Assembly: GCA_037133115.1 (NCBI GenBank) | Contig: JBAXOU010000001.1 | Coordinates: 5,888-69,887, forward strand | Direction of reading: 5' to 3' | Source of the DNA: Planctomycetota bacterium | Lineage (GTDB): Bacteria > Planctomycetota > Planctomycetia > Pirellulales > UBA1268 | Length of the DNA stretch: 64,000 nucleotides | Shown: positions 26,778-36,134 of the stretch, in pieces | Layout: each line of letters starts with the position of its first letter | How positions within the stretch are numbered: the first letter of the stretch is position 1 | Made by a program: the position numbers and the translations under genes | Notes under the pieces: model-generated | Databases searched by the model: none | What the model was told of the DNA's origin: nothing | What the model saw: only the letters and a program-made list of their open reading frames with translations

Positions 26778-29411
26778 CCCGGGGCGGATGACGGGCGCCG
26801 CGGCCCGTTCGATGGTGGCCCTGAGCCGTTGCTGCCGCTCTACGTCGGTCACCTTGCCACCCTCGGCGGTGGTGACGTGGAACGCGTCTACGACCTGGTC
26901 GAGGTAGGTGCCGATCTTCGCGGCCTGCACCGAAAGCCCCGCGTCGTAGATCGCCTTGGATACGCCGTAGAGAAGCCCCGGCGCGTCGTGGGCGAAGACC
27001 TCCAGGATCGTCGCCCGCTGGGAACTCTGGTTATCGAAGGTCACGCGGACGGGCTGCGCGGCGACCTTCACCTGCGGAGCGAACGGGTTCCACCGCCGCG
27101 CAAACTCCGGCGGATGGTCGCCGACGATGGCGGCACGGACGGCCGCGGCGATGTCGGCGAGCCTCTCGGCGGGCGGCTCGCCGGCAAAGTCGGGGTCGAC
27201 GACGGTGAAGTGATCGAGCACGTGGCCCGCCGCGAAGGTGTGAATGTCGGCGGCGAGGATCTCGAGCCGCTGGCTCGTGAGGCTGCCGGCGACCCGGTGG
27301 AAGATCCCCGACGCCGCCTGCTCACGGGTGCCGACCGACACCGCCACGGTCGACGTCTCGGGCTGCCAGCGGGCCGTCGTAAAAGCACCGGTTACCGGTA
27401 GCCGGGCCAGCCGCCCGAGTTCCTCGACGATCCGCTCCGGCGAGGTCGCTGCGAGGTAGGAGTCGGGGAGTTCGCGGGCCAGTCGCACCGCAGGGTCGTC
27501 GTCGCCACGGTCCTCGAGCAGGGCCGCGAGCCCGCGGCGGGCCCGATCGGCCGCGACGCTCGGCCCCTCGCCATCGAGGATCCCGAGCGCCTTGGAGAAG
27601 AGGGCCGCGAGCAGGTCAGACTTCCACTTCGTCCATGTGCCCGGACCGACCGCCGACACGTCGGCCGCGGTGAGCAGCGCGAGCATCCGCAGCACCTCCG
27701 GCGACCCCACGTCGCTGGCAAAGCCCGCGACGAGCGTGTCGTCGCCAATGTCGCGGCGAAACGCCAGGTGCGCCATCGCCAGGTGCTTGAGCACGAGAAA
27801 CTCCACGATCTCGATCTCGTCGGCCGGGAGCCCGAGCCGCTCGCCGACGTCGCGGGCGATCCTGGCGCCGAGCACGCTGTGGTCCTCGATGAAGCCCTTG
27901 CCGATGTCGTGCAGCAGCAGTGCCACCAGCAGCGGACGCTTTCGCCCGAGGGCCCGCCATTCCGCGCCGAGCCAGTCGTCAGCGCCGGCCAGCGCCGCCA
28001 CCCGCTCGATGGCCAGCAAGCAGTGCTCGTCCACCGTGTACTTGTGAAAACTGTTGAACTGCAGCAGGTTGCGGGCGTGCGCGAACGGCGGAATCAGGAT
28101 CTCGAGCACGCCCACATCGTGGAGCCAGCGAAGGGCTGCGGCGACCTTCGTGGGATGGGCAAAGAGGCCGAGGAACGCCTCGTTGGCCGGGCCGTCGACC
28201 GCGCGGGGCAGGTCGTGCACGCCAGCCCGCACCGCCTCCCACGTGTCGCGGGCTATCGGCATGTCGTAGAGCATCGAGAGCTCCGCCAGCCGCACGATCT
28301 CCCGCAGGCTGCCCGCCACCCGGGGCAGCTGCCCCGGCGACGCCGCCACCTCGGTCGGGCCCACGCGAAACGTGCCGTCGACGTGGTGACCGAGGAGCCC
28401 TTGGGCGAGCGACTCCATCGGCCCGCGGCGGCGGAGCCCGCGGAGGAGCGTGTCGACCGCCTGGGCGACCCGGCGGGTGTGGCCGAAGTATTCCCGCATG
28501 AACTGCTCGACGCCCAGCAGGCCGTCGCGGGTCTCGAGACCGCGGGCGTCAGCCATCCGCACCTGCTGGTCGCGGGTCAGCTCGTCGGCCGGCTTGCCCG
28601 CCGCGAGATGCAGATCGTTGCGGACCCGCATGAGAAACTCACGGGCATCGCGGAGCGCGTCGGCGTCGGCTCGGGAGATGCCGCCCACATGAGCGAGGTC
28701 GTCGAGGGTCTCGGCACCGTAGGCCAGTCGCCCAAGCCAGCGGACGAGCTGGATGTCGCGGAGCCCACCGGTCGACCGCTTCACGTTGGGCTCGAGCACG
28801 AACACCGTCCGCCCGTGCTTGTCAGCCTCGTCGCGGCGGGCCTCGACCAGCCGCTCGACATGCCGCCGCCGGCCCCGAGCGAGCGACGTTCGCAGCCGCT
28901 GCCGCAGCCTCCGCAGCGGCTCCTCTGCGCCGGCCAGCAGTCGGCAGTCGAGGAGCGAGCTCATGATCGTGGCATCGCCGCCCGCCAGCGTCACCGCCTC
29001 GGCCACACTCCGCACGCTTTGCCCCACCTCGAGCCCGGCGTCGAAGAGATCCTGGAGCAGCCGCCGGGCCACGTCGGCCACGACCGGGTCACTCCGGCCG
29101 TCGTGGAGGATCATCAGGTCGAGGTCGGACCAGGGCGCCATTTCGCCGCGGCCGAAGCCGCCGTGGGCGACGAGCGCCACCGTGGCCCGCATGCGGTTGG
29201 CATCGGCGGCGGGCAGGTCGCCGAGGATCGCCTCCCAGACGTCGCGGACGAGGGCATCGAAGAGTTCGCAGGCCAGCACCGCGACCGCCCAGCCATCGCC
29301 GCCGGCTGCATGCCGCTCGGCGATCCGGCGGCGGGCATCCACGGCCGCGGCCGCAGCGCGGGCCACCGTGGGTCGGGCCGCCAGTGGGCCGGCCGCTCCC
29401 CTGTCGCTCAC
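26772..29411 (-). CDS. glnD: [Protein-PII] uridylyltransferase / uridylyl-removing enzyme
   Basis: GGFGRGEMAPWSDLDLMIL nucleotidyltransferase motif; HD domain LLVALLLHDIGKG; two C-terminal ACT-like segments. There is no in-frame ATG after the upstream gene. GTG at 29411 gives a GTGA overlap and a typical 879-aa length. Confidence 0.85.
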   Translation of the reverse strand: MSDRGAAGPLAARPTVARAAAAAVDARRRIAERHAAGGDGWAVAVLACELFDALVRDVWEAILGDLPAADANRMRATVALVAHGGFGRGEMAPWSDLDLMILHDGRSDPVVADVARRLLQDLFDAGLEVGQSVRSVAEAVTLAGGDATIMSSLLDCRLLAGAEEPLRRLRQRLRTSLARGRRRHVERLVEARRDEADKHGRTVFVLEPNVKRSTGGLRDIQLVRWLGRLAYGAETLDDLAHVGGISRADADALRDAREFLMRVRNDLHLAAGKPADELTRDQQVRMADARGLETRDGLLGVEQFMREYFGHTRRVAQAVDTLLRGLRRRGPMESLAQGLLGHHVDGTFRVGPTEVAASPGQLPRVAGSLREIVRLAELSMLYDMPIARDTWEAVRAGVHDLPRAVDGPANEAFLGLFAHPTKVAAALRWLHDVGVLEILIPPFAHARNLLQFNSFHKYTVDEHCLLAIERVAALAGADDWLGAEWRALGRKRPLLVALLLHDIGKGFIEDHSVLGARIARDVGERLGLPADEIEIVEFLVLKHLAMAHLAFRRDIGDDTLVAGFASDVGSPEVLRMLALLTAADVSAVGPGTWTKWKSDLLAALFSKALGILDGEGPSVAADRARRGLAALLEDRGDDDPAVRLARELPDSYLAATSPERIVEELGRLARLPVTGAFTTARWQPETSTVAVSVGTREQAASGIFHRVAGSLTSQRLEILAADIHTFAAGHVLDHFTVVDPDFAGEPPAERLADIAAAVRAAIVGDHPPEFARRWNPFAPQVKVAAQPVRVTFDNQSSQRATILEVFAHDAPGLLYGVSKAIYDAGLSVQAAKIGTYLDQVVDAFHVTTAEGGKVTDVERQQRLRATIERAAAPVIRPGQ

Positions 29412-29947
29412 GGGTGAATCCACGGATCGTCGGCCACGCCCGCCTGGCGGTTGGCCACGCGGCCCAACACGAAGAGCAGATCGCCCAGCCGGTTGAGATA
29501 TTCGATCGCGTTTGCGGGGATCGTCGTGTCGGACTGAGACGCGAGCGTCACCACCCGCCGCTCGGCCCGTCGGCAGACCGTGCGGGCCACGTGAAACGCG
29601 GCCGCCAGCGGCGTGCCCGCCGGCAGGATGAAGCACTTCAGGGGATCGAGCGTCGCCTCGTGGCGGTCGATCTCCGTCTCGAGCGCCTGGACGTGGGACG
29701 CGGTGATCCGCTCCTCGGCGGTGTCGGGTGTGGCGAGCTGCGCGCCGAGGTCGAAGAGTTCGCACTGCACGCGGCGGAGCAGGGGGTCAAAGGCCGCCGC
29801 CACCGAGTGGGTGCGGGCCATGCCGAGATGACTGTTGAGTTCGTCGACGGTGCCGAAGGCCTCGATCCGCGCGTTGTCCTTGCGGACGCGCGGGCCACCG
29901 AAGAGCCCCGTCTCGCCGGCGTCGCCGGTCTTGGTATAGATCTTCAT
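29408..29947 (-). CDS. pduO: ATP:cob(I)alamin adenosyltransferase, PduO type
   Basis: MKIYTKTGDAGETGLFGG...RIEAFGTVDELNSHLG. AGGAGG RBS upstream of ATG 29947. The tracked ORF starts earlier, at 30139. Confidence 0.9.
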   Translation of the reverse strand: MKIYTKTGDAGETGLFGGPRVRKDNARIEAFGTVDELNSHLGMARTHSVAAAFDPLLRRVQCELFDLGAQLATPDTAEERITASHVQALETEIDRHEATLDPLKCFILPAGTPLAAAFHVARTVCRRAERRVVTLASQSDTTIPANAIEYLNRLGDLLFVLGRVANRQAGVADDPWIHP

Positions 29948-29997
29948 CGCACGAGTGCCTCCTGTGCCATCGAACAACGAACGTATACTGGAACGCC

Positions 29998-31164
29998 ATG
30001 CCCCAAATATGCAACTGGACCGCCACAGCCGTGATCCTCGCCGCGGCCGCGGCCGCAGGAATGAGAGCAGGTGGCGGCGAGGAGACCACCCCCGCAGTGG
30101 ACCAGGGCCAGTCCGCCCTCGAGGCCCGCTTTCTCTCACTCCCCGTGCTCGTCACCGACGGGATGACGAAGGCGGGCGAGGGGTACTTCGCCCCTGACGG
30201 CAGCCGCATCTGCTACCAGGCGGTGCCGCCGGGCAGGCAGTTCTACGAGATCTTCGTGCAGGACTTCGACCCGTCGGCCCCGCGGCCCACGGTGCCTCGG
30301 CGGGTGAGCTCCGGCCGCGGCCGAACGACGTGCAGCTGGTTCTCACCCGATGGCACGCGACTGCTCTTCGCCTCCAGCCACCTCGACCCCGACGCCGAGG
30401 CCACGGAGGCGGCCGCCCGGGCGCAGGCCGAGGAAGACGCCCGGGCGGGCCGGCGGCGGCGATACCAGTGGGACTTCGATCCCTGGATGGACATCTTCAC
30501 GTCGCGGCTGGACGGCGGCGATCTCGTCCGGCTCACGACTGAAAAAGGCTACGACGCCGAGTGCTCATTTTCGCCAGACGGATCGCGGGTGCTCTTTGTG
30601 AGCGACCGCGACGGCGATCCCGACGTGTATGTGATGGACGCCGACGGCTCGAACGTACGGCAGTTGACGAACGAGCCCGGCTACGACGGCGGCCCGTTCT
30701 TCTCGCCCGACGGCGCGTGGATCGCATACCGCACCGACCGGCTCGAGAAGGATCTGCTCCAGATCCATGTGATGCGGGCCGACGGCTCGGGCGACGTGGC
30801 GGTCACGGCGGGCCAGGGCGTTCGCTGGGCGCCCTTCTGGCATCCGACGCGGCCGTGGCTGATCTGGACCGGCGCCGACCACTCCGACCCCACCGCGCGG
30901 CCGAACTACGATCTCTGGATCGCGGCCTGGGAGGTCGCCGCGGATGGCTCATTCACGGCGGGCGAGCCGCTGCGGATCACCGACCATCCGGGTGCCGACG
31001 TGCTGCCCGCTTTCTCACCCGATGGGTCGCTCCTGATGTGGACGGCGAGCCGCGGCGAAGGCTCCGGCGGCCGCGGCCCCACGAGCCAACTCTGGGTGAG
31101 CCGACTCGATCTCGACGCGGTCGCACAAGACCTGCCGCCTCCGATGAAAGGCACGACACCATGA
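29998..31164 (+). CDS. PD40/TolB-like beta-propeller repeat protein
   Basis: Repeated FSPDG(T/S)R(L/V)LF...SDRDGDPDVYVMDADGSNVRQLT and FFSPDGAWIAY motifs; N-terminal signal-like TATAVILAAAAAAG. Confidence 0.8.
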   Translation: MPQICNWTATAVILAAAAAAGMRAGGGEETTPAVDQGQSALEARFLSLPVLVTDGMTKAGEGYFAPDGSRICYQAVPPGRQFYEIFVQDFDPSAPRPTVPRRVSSGRGRTTCSWFSPDGTRLLFASSHLDPDAEATEAAARAQAEEDARAGRRRRYQWDFDPWMDIFTSRLDGGDLVRLTTEKGYDAECSFSPDGSRVLFVSDRDGDPDVYVMDADGSNVRQLTNEPGYDGGPFFSPDGAWIAYRTDRLEKDLLQIHVMRADGSGDVAVTAGQGVRWAPFWHPTRPWLIWTGADHSDPTARPNYDLWIAAWEVAADGSFTAGEPLRITDHPGADVLPAFSPDGSLLMWTASRGEGSGGRGPTSQLWVSRLDLDAVAQDLPPPMKGTTP

Positions 31165-31985
31165 CGACTCCTGCACCGCTCGACCGCACGGTCGCGATGA
31201 TCGGCGGAGGCCAGATGGCCCTCGCCCTGGCCGAGGGTTTCTGTCGTGCCGGGCTCCTCGCGCCGGCCGACATCACCGTCTACGACCCGCACCCGCCGGC
31301 GCGGGAACGGCTGGCGGCCAGGATGCCCGGCATCGTCTTCGCGGAATCGGTGCGGGCCGCCGCGGCTGCCGCAGGGGTGGTGTTTCTCGCCGTGAAACCG
31401 CAGCAGGCCCAGGTCGCGTGCCAGGAGATCACCGGTCGCCTACGTGCGGATGCGGTGCTGGTGTCGATTGTTGCCGGCCTCCCCGCCGCGTCGCTGGCGG
31501 CGATGGCGGGCGTGCCCCGCGTGATCCGCGTGATGCCCAACACGCCCTGCCTCGTGGGCCACGGGGTGTCGGTCGTCTGCCAGACAGCCGACGTTTCCAC
31601 CGCGGCAGCCGCGCGGGTTCGCGAGTTGCTCGGCGCCGTGGGCCACGTGCACGAGGCCGACGAGTCGCAGATGAACGCGGTGACGGGCCTGTCGGGCTCG
31701 GGCCCGGGCTTCGTGGCGCTGCTCGTGGAGGCGCTGGCCGACGGCGGCGTGAAGGCGGGCCTACCACGGCCGCTGGCGCTGGCCCTGGCGGTGCAAACGC
31801 TCTCGGGCACGGCCGCGCTCCTGGAGCAGACGGGCGAGCATCCCGCGCAGATCAAGGACCGCGTCTCGAGCCCGGGCGGCACGACGATCGCAGGGCTCGC
31901 CGTGCTGGAGCAGCGTGGCGTCCGCGGCGCGCTCATCGACGCCGTCGTGGCCGCCGCCACCCGCGCGAAGGAACTCGGCGGGTAA
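31161..31985 (+). CDS. proC: Pyrroline-5-carboxylate reductase
   Basis: VAMIGGGQMALALAEG, VMPNTPCLVGHG, GLSGSGPGFV, VSSPGGTTIAGL. ATGA overlap with the upstream stop. Confidence 0.9.
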   Translation: MTTPAPLDRTVAMIGGGQMALALAEGFCRAGLLAPADITVYDPHPPARERLAARMPGIVFAESVRAAAAAAGVVFLAVKPQQAQVACQEITGRLRADAVLVSIVAGLPAASLAAMAGVPRVIRVMPNTPCLVGHGVSVVCQTADVSTAAAARVRELLGAVGHVHEADESQMNAVTGLSGSGPGFVALLVEALADGGVKAGLPRPLALALAVQTLSGTAALLEQTGEHPAQIKDRVSSPGGTTIAGLAVLEQRGVRGALIDAVVAAATRAKELGG

Positions 31986-31994
31986 GGGCCTTGA

Positions 31995-32068
31995 GTAGGT
32001 GCAGGTTGTCAACCTGCACCAGCAGCGGCGTCGGTGGTGATTCGGCACAGGTTGAAAACCTGTGCTAC
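31995..32068. repeat. Two palindromic hairpin repeats
   Basis: GTAGGTGCAGGTTGTCAACCTGCACC (31995-32020; 11-bp arms) and GCACAGGTTGAAAACCTGTGCTAC (32045-32068; 9-bp arms). Located in the convergent junction after proC. Confidence 0.9.
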
Positions 32069-32131
32069 GGGGAACGATGCAGCGAGGGGCAGCCCCGAGC
32101 ACCGGCACGACGCGAGCTCGCCATCAGGCAC

Positions 32132-32362
32132 TCAGCCGCGGCGGCTCTTCCCAGGCTTGCTGGCCTTCGTGACGACCTTCTTCTTCACCACGCGCGAGGC
32201 CTTTTTCTTGCCAGCCTTCGTCGCCGGGGCGGTCGTGGCCTTGCTCGCCTTGCCCTTGCCCGACTTCTTCGCCGCCGACGTGCGACCGCCGAAGATCGAA
32301 TCCCAACCCTCGGAGTATGAGTTCGAACTCCCCACGCGGATCACTGACATGACTGCCTCCAT
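32132..32362 (-). CDS. Small lysine-rich basic protein (histone-H1-like tail), hypothetical
   Basis: MSVIRVGSSNSYSEGWDSIFGG followed by a K/A/S/T-rich tail (AAKKSGKGKASKATTAPATKAGKKKASRVVKKKVV). The start could instead be the second ATG (MSVI). Confidence 0.5.
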   Translation of the reverse strand: MEAVMSVIRVGSSNSYSEGWDSIFGGRTSAAKKSGKGKASKATTAPATKAGKKKASRVVKKKVVTKASKPGKSRRG

Positions 32363-32439
32363 ATCTTGAGCGGGTCACCGCGAAGCAGCCTTCGGGCCCG
32401 CGGTCAGAAATGGTTCGTAGCGGTTGCCGGCAGGCAGTG

Positions 32440-32814
32440 TCAATCCGACACGACCACCAGCGACAGCCTGCCCCAGGCCGGCGGGAGCGGCATACGGGTT
32501 TCCGAGTTTGGGCCCGAAGTCACTCCACGAGCGCCGTCGGGAGCGACGTCAACCACCACCAAAAGGTTGCGGTCGGCGATCATGCCCGTCACGTCGCACT
32601 CCATGGCTCCCGGCCCGGCCTCACGCCAAGCCAGGGCGTGGTCGTTGAGCGTGGCATTCCGCCACACCCCCGGCGAGTCCGCCGCCGCGCAGACAAGCAC
32701 GAGCCGATCGGCCTTCTCGACGCCACTCGGCCGCCCAAAACGGCGAACCCACGCCCGCATTGCTGCCGTGGGCGGCTCCCAGGCCGTGCCCAGGTGGATC
32801 GCATGGTTCGGCAT
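32440..32814 (-). CDS. Hypothetical protein (124 aa)
   Basis: The ORF starts 4 nt after the stop of the upstream oxidoreductase. Protein-like composition (W, H, D, N present). No recognised motif. Confidence 0.5.
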   Translation of the reverse strand: MPNHAIHLGTAWEPPTAAMRAWVRRFGRPSGVEKADRLVLVCAAADSPGVWRNATLNDHALAWREAGPGAMECDVTGMIADRNLLVVVDVAPDGARGVTSGPNSETRMPLPPAWGRLSLVVVSD

Positions 32815-32818
32815 CGGG

Positions 32819-33838
32819 TCACTCCGGGATCACCACGCCACGCCCCGTCGTCTCGCCGCAACGCATGCGGTCGGCCCAGTCACCCACATCCTCGAGCCGC
32901 AGCCGTGTCACCGGAAAGCGGCCGGCGATGGCGGGCCAGAACGAAGCAAGCCGCTCCCAGAGCAGGGCCCGCTCGGCCTGCGTGGGCAGGCTGGCGGCAT
33001 CGATGCCGGCGAGCGTCACGCCGCGGAGGATGAAGGGATGCACAGTGGTGACGAGGTCGGCTCCCCCCGCCATACCAATCGCCGCGACGCCGCCGCCCGG
33101 CCGCACGGCCCTGAGCACTTCCGCGAGCAACGGGCCGCCGACGGTGTCGACCACGCCAGCCCAGCGGCTCGTCACGAGCGACTTCGGCGTCGGATCGCGG
33201 ATCGCATCGGGCGTGACCACCTCGGCGGCGCCGAGGGTGCGGAGGACGTCCGTCGCCGAGGCCTTCCGCGAACAGGCGACGACCCGGCGGCCCGCGGCGG
33301 CCAGCGCCGCGACCGAGAGCATCCCCACACCGCCACTGGCGCCGGTGACGAGCCAGGCTTCGTCAGACGTGGCATGCCGCGGTGACACGATCGCCTCCAG
33401 TCGGTCGCAGGCGAGCAGGGCGGTGAGACCAGCGGTGCCGAGCGCCATCGCCTCGTCGGCTGCGAGCGACGCGGGCCGCGGGAGCACGGCGGCTGCCGGC
33501 ATCCGCACGAAGCTGGCAAACCCGCCATCGCGGACCTCGCCCATGCCATTGCCGGTGACCAGCACCGGAGTGCCCGCCGCCAGCGATGCGGTTGACGCGG
33601 CAACCACACCAGCCGCGTCGATTCCAGGCACGAGCGGCGACATCCGCATCACGCCCGGATGCCCGGCGGAGCAGAGGGCGTCCTTATAGTTGAAGCCGGC
33701 CGCCTCGACCCGAACGACCACGTCGTCGTTCGCCATCGACGCAGCGGGATCCCAGCCCAAGGGCTCGATCCCCGCGGTCACGGCCCCGTCGGGCATCCGC
33801 CGCACCCGCCAGCACTTTTCCCGCGCCGTCGTCGTCAT
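32819..33838 (-). CDS. NADPH:quinone/enoate oxidoreductase, YhdH/YhfP (AcuI-like) MDR family
   Basis: VVVRVEAAGFNYKDALCSAG, PLVPGIDAAGVV, LVTGASGGVG. Confidence 0.85.
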   Translation of the reverse strand: MTTTAREKCWRVRRMPDGAVTAGIEPLGWDPAASMANDDVVVRVEAAGFNYKDALCSAGHPGVMRMSPLVPGIDAAGVVAASTASLAAGTPVLVTGNGMGEVRDGGFASFVRMPAAAVLPRPASLAADEAMALGTAGLTALLACDRLEAIVSPRHATSDEAWLVTGASGGVGMLSVAALAAAGRRVVACSRKASATDVLRTLGAAEVVTPDAIRDPTPKSLVTSRWAGVVDTVGGPLLAEVLRAVRPGGGVAAIGMAGGADLVTTVHPFILRGVTLAGIDAASLPTQAERALLWERLASFWPAIAGRFPVTRLRLEDVGDWADRMRCGETTGRGVVIPE

Positions 33839-33899
33839 CTATACTCCGTCTCTCGCCCGGATCGTACCGCGGCCGCCCCCGACCACACCACAGGAGTCG

Positions 33900-34238
33900 A
33901 TGCCGACGATGGGAAACGCCCTCGAGTTCACCGATGACAACTTTCAGAGCGACGTACTCGGATCCTCCGTGCCGGTCCTGGTGGACTTCTGGGCGCCGTG
34001 GTGCGGCCCTTGCCGGATGATCGGCCCGGTGATCGAGGAACTGGCGGCCGAGAACGCCGGCACGTTCAAGGTGGGCAAGGTCAACGTCGACGAAAGCAGC
34101 AAGCTGGCGATGACCTACAACGTGGCCAGCATCCCCACGATCATGATCTTCAGCGGCGGCAAGCTGGTGCAGCAGTTCATGGGCGTGCAGTCGAAGACGA
34201 AGCTCCAGCAGGCCCTCGACGAGGCGAAGTCGGCCTAG
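33900..34238 (+). CDS. trxA: Thioredoxin
   Basis: VLVDFWAPWCGPCRMIGP active site; 112 aa. CAGGAG RBS before ATG 33900. The tracked ORF starts at 33690. Confidence 0.95.
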   Translation: MPTMGNALEFTDDNFQSDVLGSSVPVLVDFWAPWCGPCRMIGPVIEELAAENAGTFKVGKVNVDESSKLAMTYNVASIPTIMIFSGGKLVQQFMGVQSKTKLQQALDEAKSA

Positions 34239-34244
34239 CCGGCG

Positions 34245-35762
34245 TCACGCCCCCGCCGTCGCGAGCTCCTTGGCCTCGTCGGCCGTGCCGCGCCACCGCT
34301 CCACGGTGGCGTCGTCCACGAAGCCGGCGAGGTCGAAGTTGCTCCCGGGCTGCCGCAGCTTCTCGACCGCCTTGGCCTCGATCTGCCGCACCCGCTCCCG
34401 CGTGACTGCGAAGATGGAGCCGACCTCCTCGAGCGTGTAGGCGTAGCCGTCCGCCAGGCCGAATCGCAAACGAAGAATCTCCCGCTCGCGATAGGAGAGC
34501 GAGTCGAGCGCCTTCGTGATCGTGCCCTGGAGCGACTGCTGGTTGACGGCCTTCAGAGGGTCGATCTCGCTGCGATCGCTGACGAAGTCGCCCACCGCGC
34601 CGTCGTCGGACTCGCCCAGGGGCTGATCGAGTGAGATCGGCTTTCGCGACATCCGGCAGATGCACTCGGCCTCCTCGACGGCGAGGTTCGAGAGCGTTGC
34701 CAACTCCTCCACGGTCGCATTGCGGCCGTGCTCCTGGAGAAAGTCCCGCTGCAGGTTCCGCATCCGCGTCATTGCGTCGACCATGTGCACCGGCACGCGG
34801 ATGGTGCGGCTCTGGTCGGCGATGGCCCGGGTGATCGCCTGCCTGATCCACCAGGTCGCATAGGTCGAGAACTTGAACCCGCGGGCGTGCTCGAACTTGT
34901 CGACCGCCCGCATCAGCCCCGAGTTCCCCTCCTGAATCAGGTCGAGGAACGTGAGCCCACGGTTGCGATACCGCTTGGCGATCGAGATCACGAGCCGGAG
35001 GTTGCCGGCGGCGAGATCGCGCTTCGCGGCGTCGTACCGCTGCAGGAGATCCTCCAGCGTGGTCAGCCGCCGCTCGAGGGTGCGGCGGCTTTCGCGGGTC
35101 GTCAGCAGGATCCGCCGCTGCTCGGCCGTGAGCTGCTGTCGGGCCACCGCCTCGGCTGTCTGATGGAGCGACCGCAGTTGGCCGCGGATCGACTCATAGC
35201 GATCCGCCATGCCCCGCAGCTGCCGCAGCAGCGGATAGAGCCGCTGGATCCGGAGGTGCATTTCCTCGACCAGGCGGACGGCCTTGTTTCGCTGCCGGAC
35301 GAGCCGCCGCCAGGCGGCGCGCCGCACCTCGAGCGAGTTGCCCCGCGACATCGCGACCCGAAACAGCCGACCCTTCTCCTGCTCGATCCGCTTGAGCGTG
35401 ACGAGGTTGGGCCCGAGCCGCTTCAGCAGCCGCTTCTTTTCGCGGGTGTTGGTGACCGAGACCTCGATCGTGCGGTCGAGCCGGAGCGTGCCCGCCTGCA
35501 CCCGCTCCAGCAGCTGCACCGCGCCCGAGAGCACGAAGTCGTTGGCGAGCAGCGTGCGGCGAAACCGCCGCCGCCACGTCTCGATCTCGCGGGCGTGGGC
35601 CACCTCGGTCTCGCGGTTGAGCAGCGGGATACCGCCCATCTGGAGGAGGTAGAGCCGGATCGGGTCGTCGATCACGGCGGTGATCCGGCGGGCAGTGCGG
35701 GGCCGGGCCGGGCCGATCGGCTTCCGGCGCGGGTCGTGGCTGGCGGTGGCGGAATGACGCAT
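34245..35762 (-). CDS. RNA polymerase sigma-70 factor, RpoD/SigA family
   Basis: [16 protein letters not shown] (region 1.2), [74 protein letters not shown] (region 4.2). Start at the ATG of MRHSATAS. No acidic region 1.1 is evident. Confidence 0.9.
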   Translation of the reverse strand: MRHSATASHDPRRKPIGPARPRTARRITAVIDDPIRLYLLQMGGIPLLNRETEVAHAREIETWRRRFRRTLLANDFVLSGAVQLLERVQAGTLRLDRTIEVSVTNTREKKRLLKRLGPNLVTLKRIEQEKGRLFRVAMSRGNSLEVRRAAWRRLVRQRNKAVRLVEEMHLRIQRLYPLLRQLRGMADRYESIRGQLRSLHQTAEAVARQQLTAEQRRILLTTRESRRTLERRLTTLEDLLQRYDAAKRDLAAGNLRLVISIAKRYRNRGLTFLDLIQEGNSGLMRAVDKFEHARGFKFSTYATWWIRQAITRAIADQSRTIRVPVHMVDAMTRMRNLQRDFLQEHGRNATVEELATLSNLAVEEAECICRMSRKPISLDQPLGESDDGAVGDFVSDRSEIDPLKAVNQQSLQGTITKALDSLSYREREILRLRFGLADGYAYTLEEVGSIFAVTRERVRQIEAKAVEKLRQPGSNFDLAGFVDDATVERWRGTADEAKELATAGA

Positions 35763-36134
35763 GGGGGCCCCGGTGGCGAAAGGAGGACGTGCCGGCGGCC
35801 TGGTGGCAACCTGTGAGGGACACGGCAGAGGAGTCCCCATGCAGATCCGGTGCCAACCGCCCCAGAACCGACCTCGAAATCGTCGAACTGCTGTTTTTCC
35901 AGCGTTATGCGGCCCCTCTCGCCGCCACCAGCCCCGCCGGGGCGTCGCCGGGAGGCGACATGGCGACGACGGCGCGTCGACAGGATGCACCGTGGCGACG
36001 GAGGCGGCTCAAGATCGCTCGGCCGCCCGCACGAATAGCCAAGGGCGGCATGCCTGTGGGGAGCGATATACTCTGAGGATGACGATTGTGCCGGTGGGGC
36101 GGGCCGAGATCGCCTCCGGTCGGCAAGAACCATC

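Noticed and set aside
29412-29765. 118-aa Arg-rich N-terminal extension of the tracked glnD ORF
   Set aside because: It lies entirely inside the PduO-type adenosyltransferase gene in another frame. GTG 29411, with a GTGA overlap, gives a canonical GlnD length.
32319-32330. GAGTTCGAACTC resembling a tRNA T-loop
   Set aside because: The flanks do not form a T-stem or an acceptor stem, and the string lies inside the small basic-protein ORF. I found no tRNA anywhere in the window by eye.
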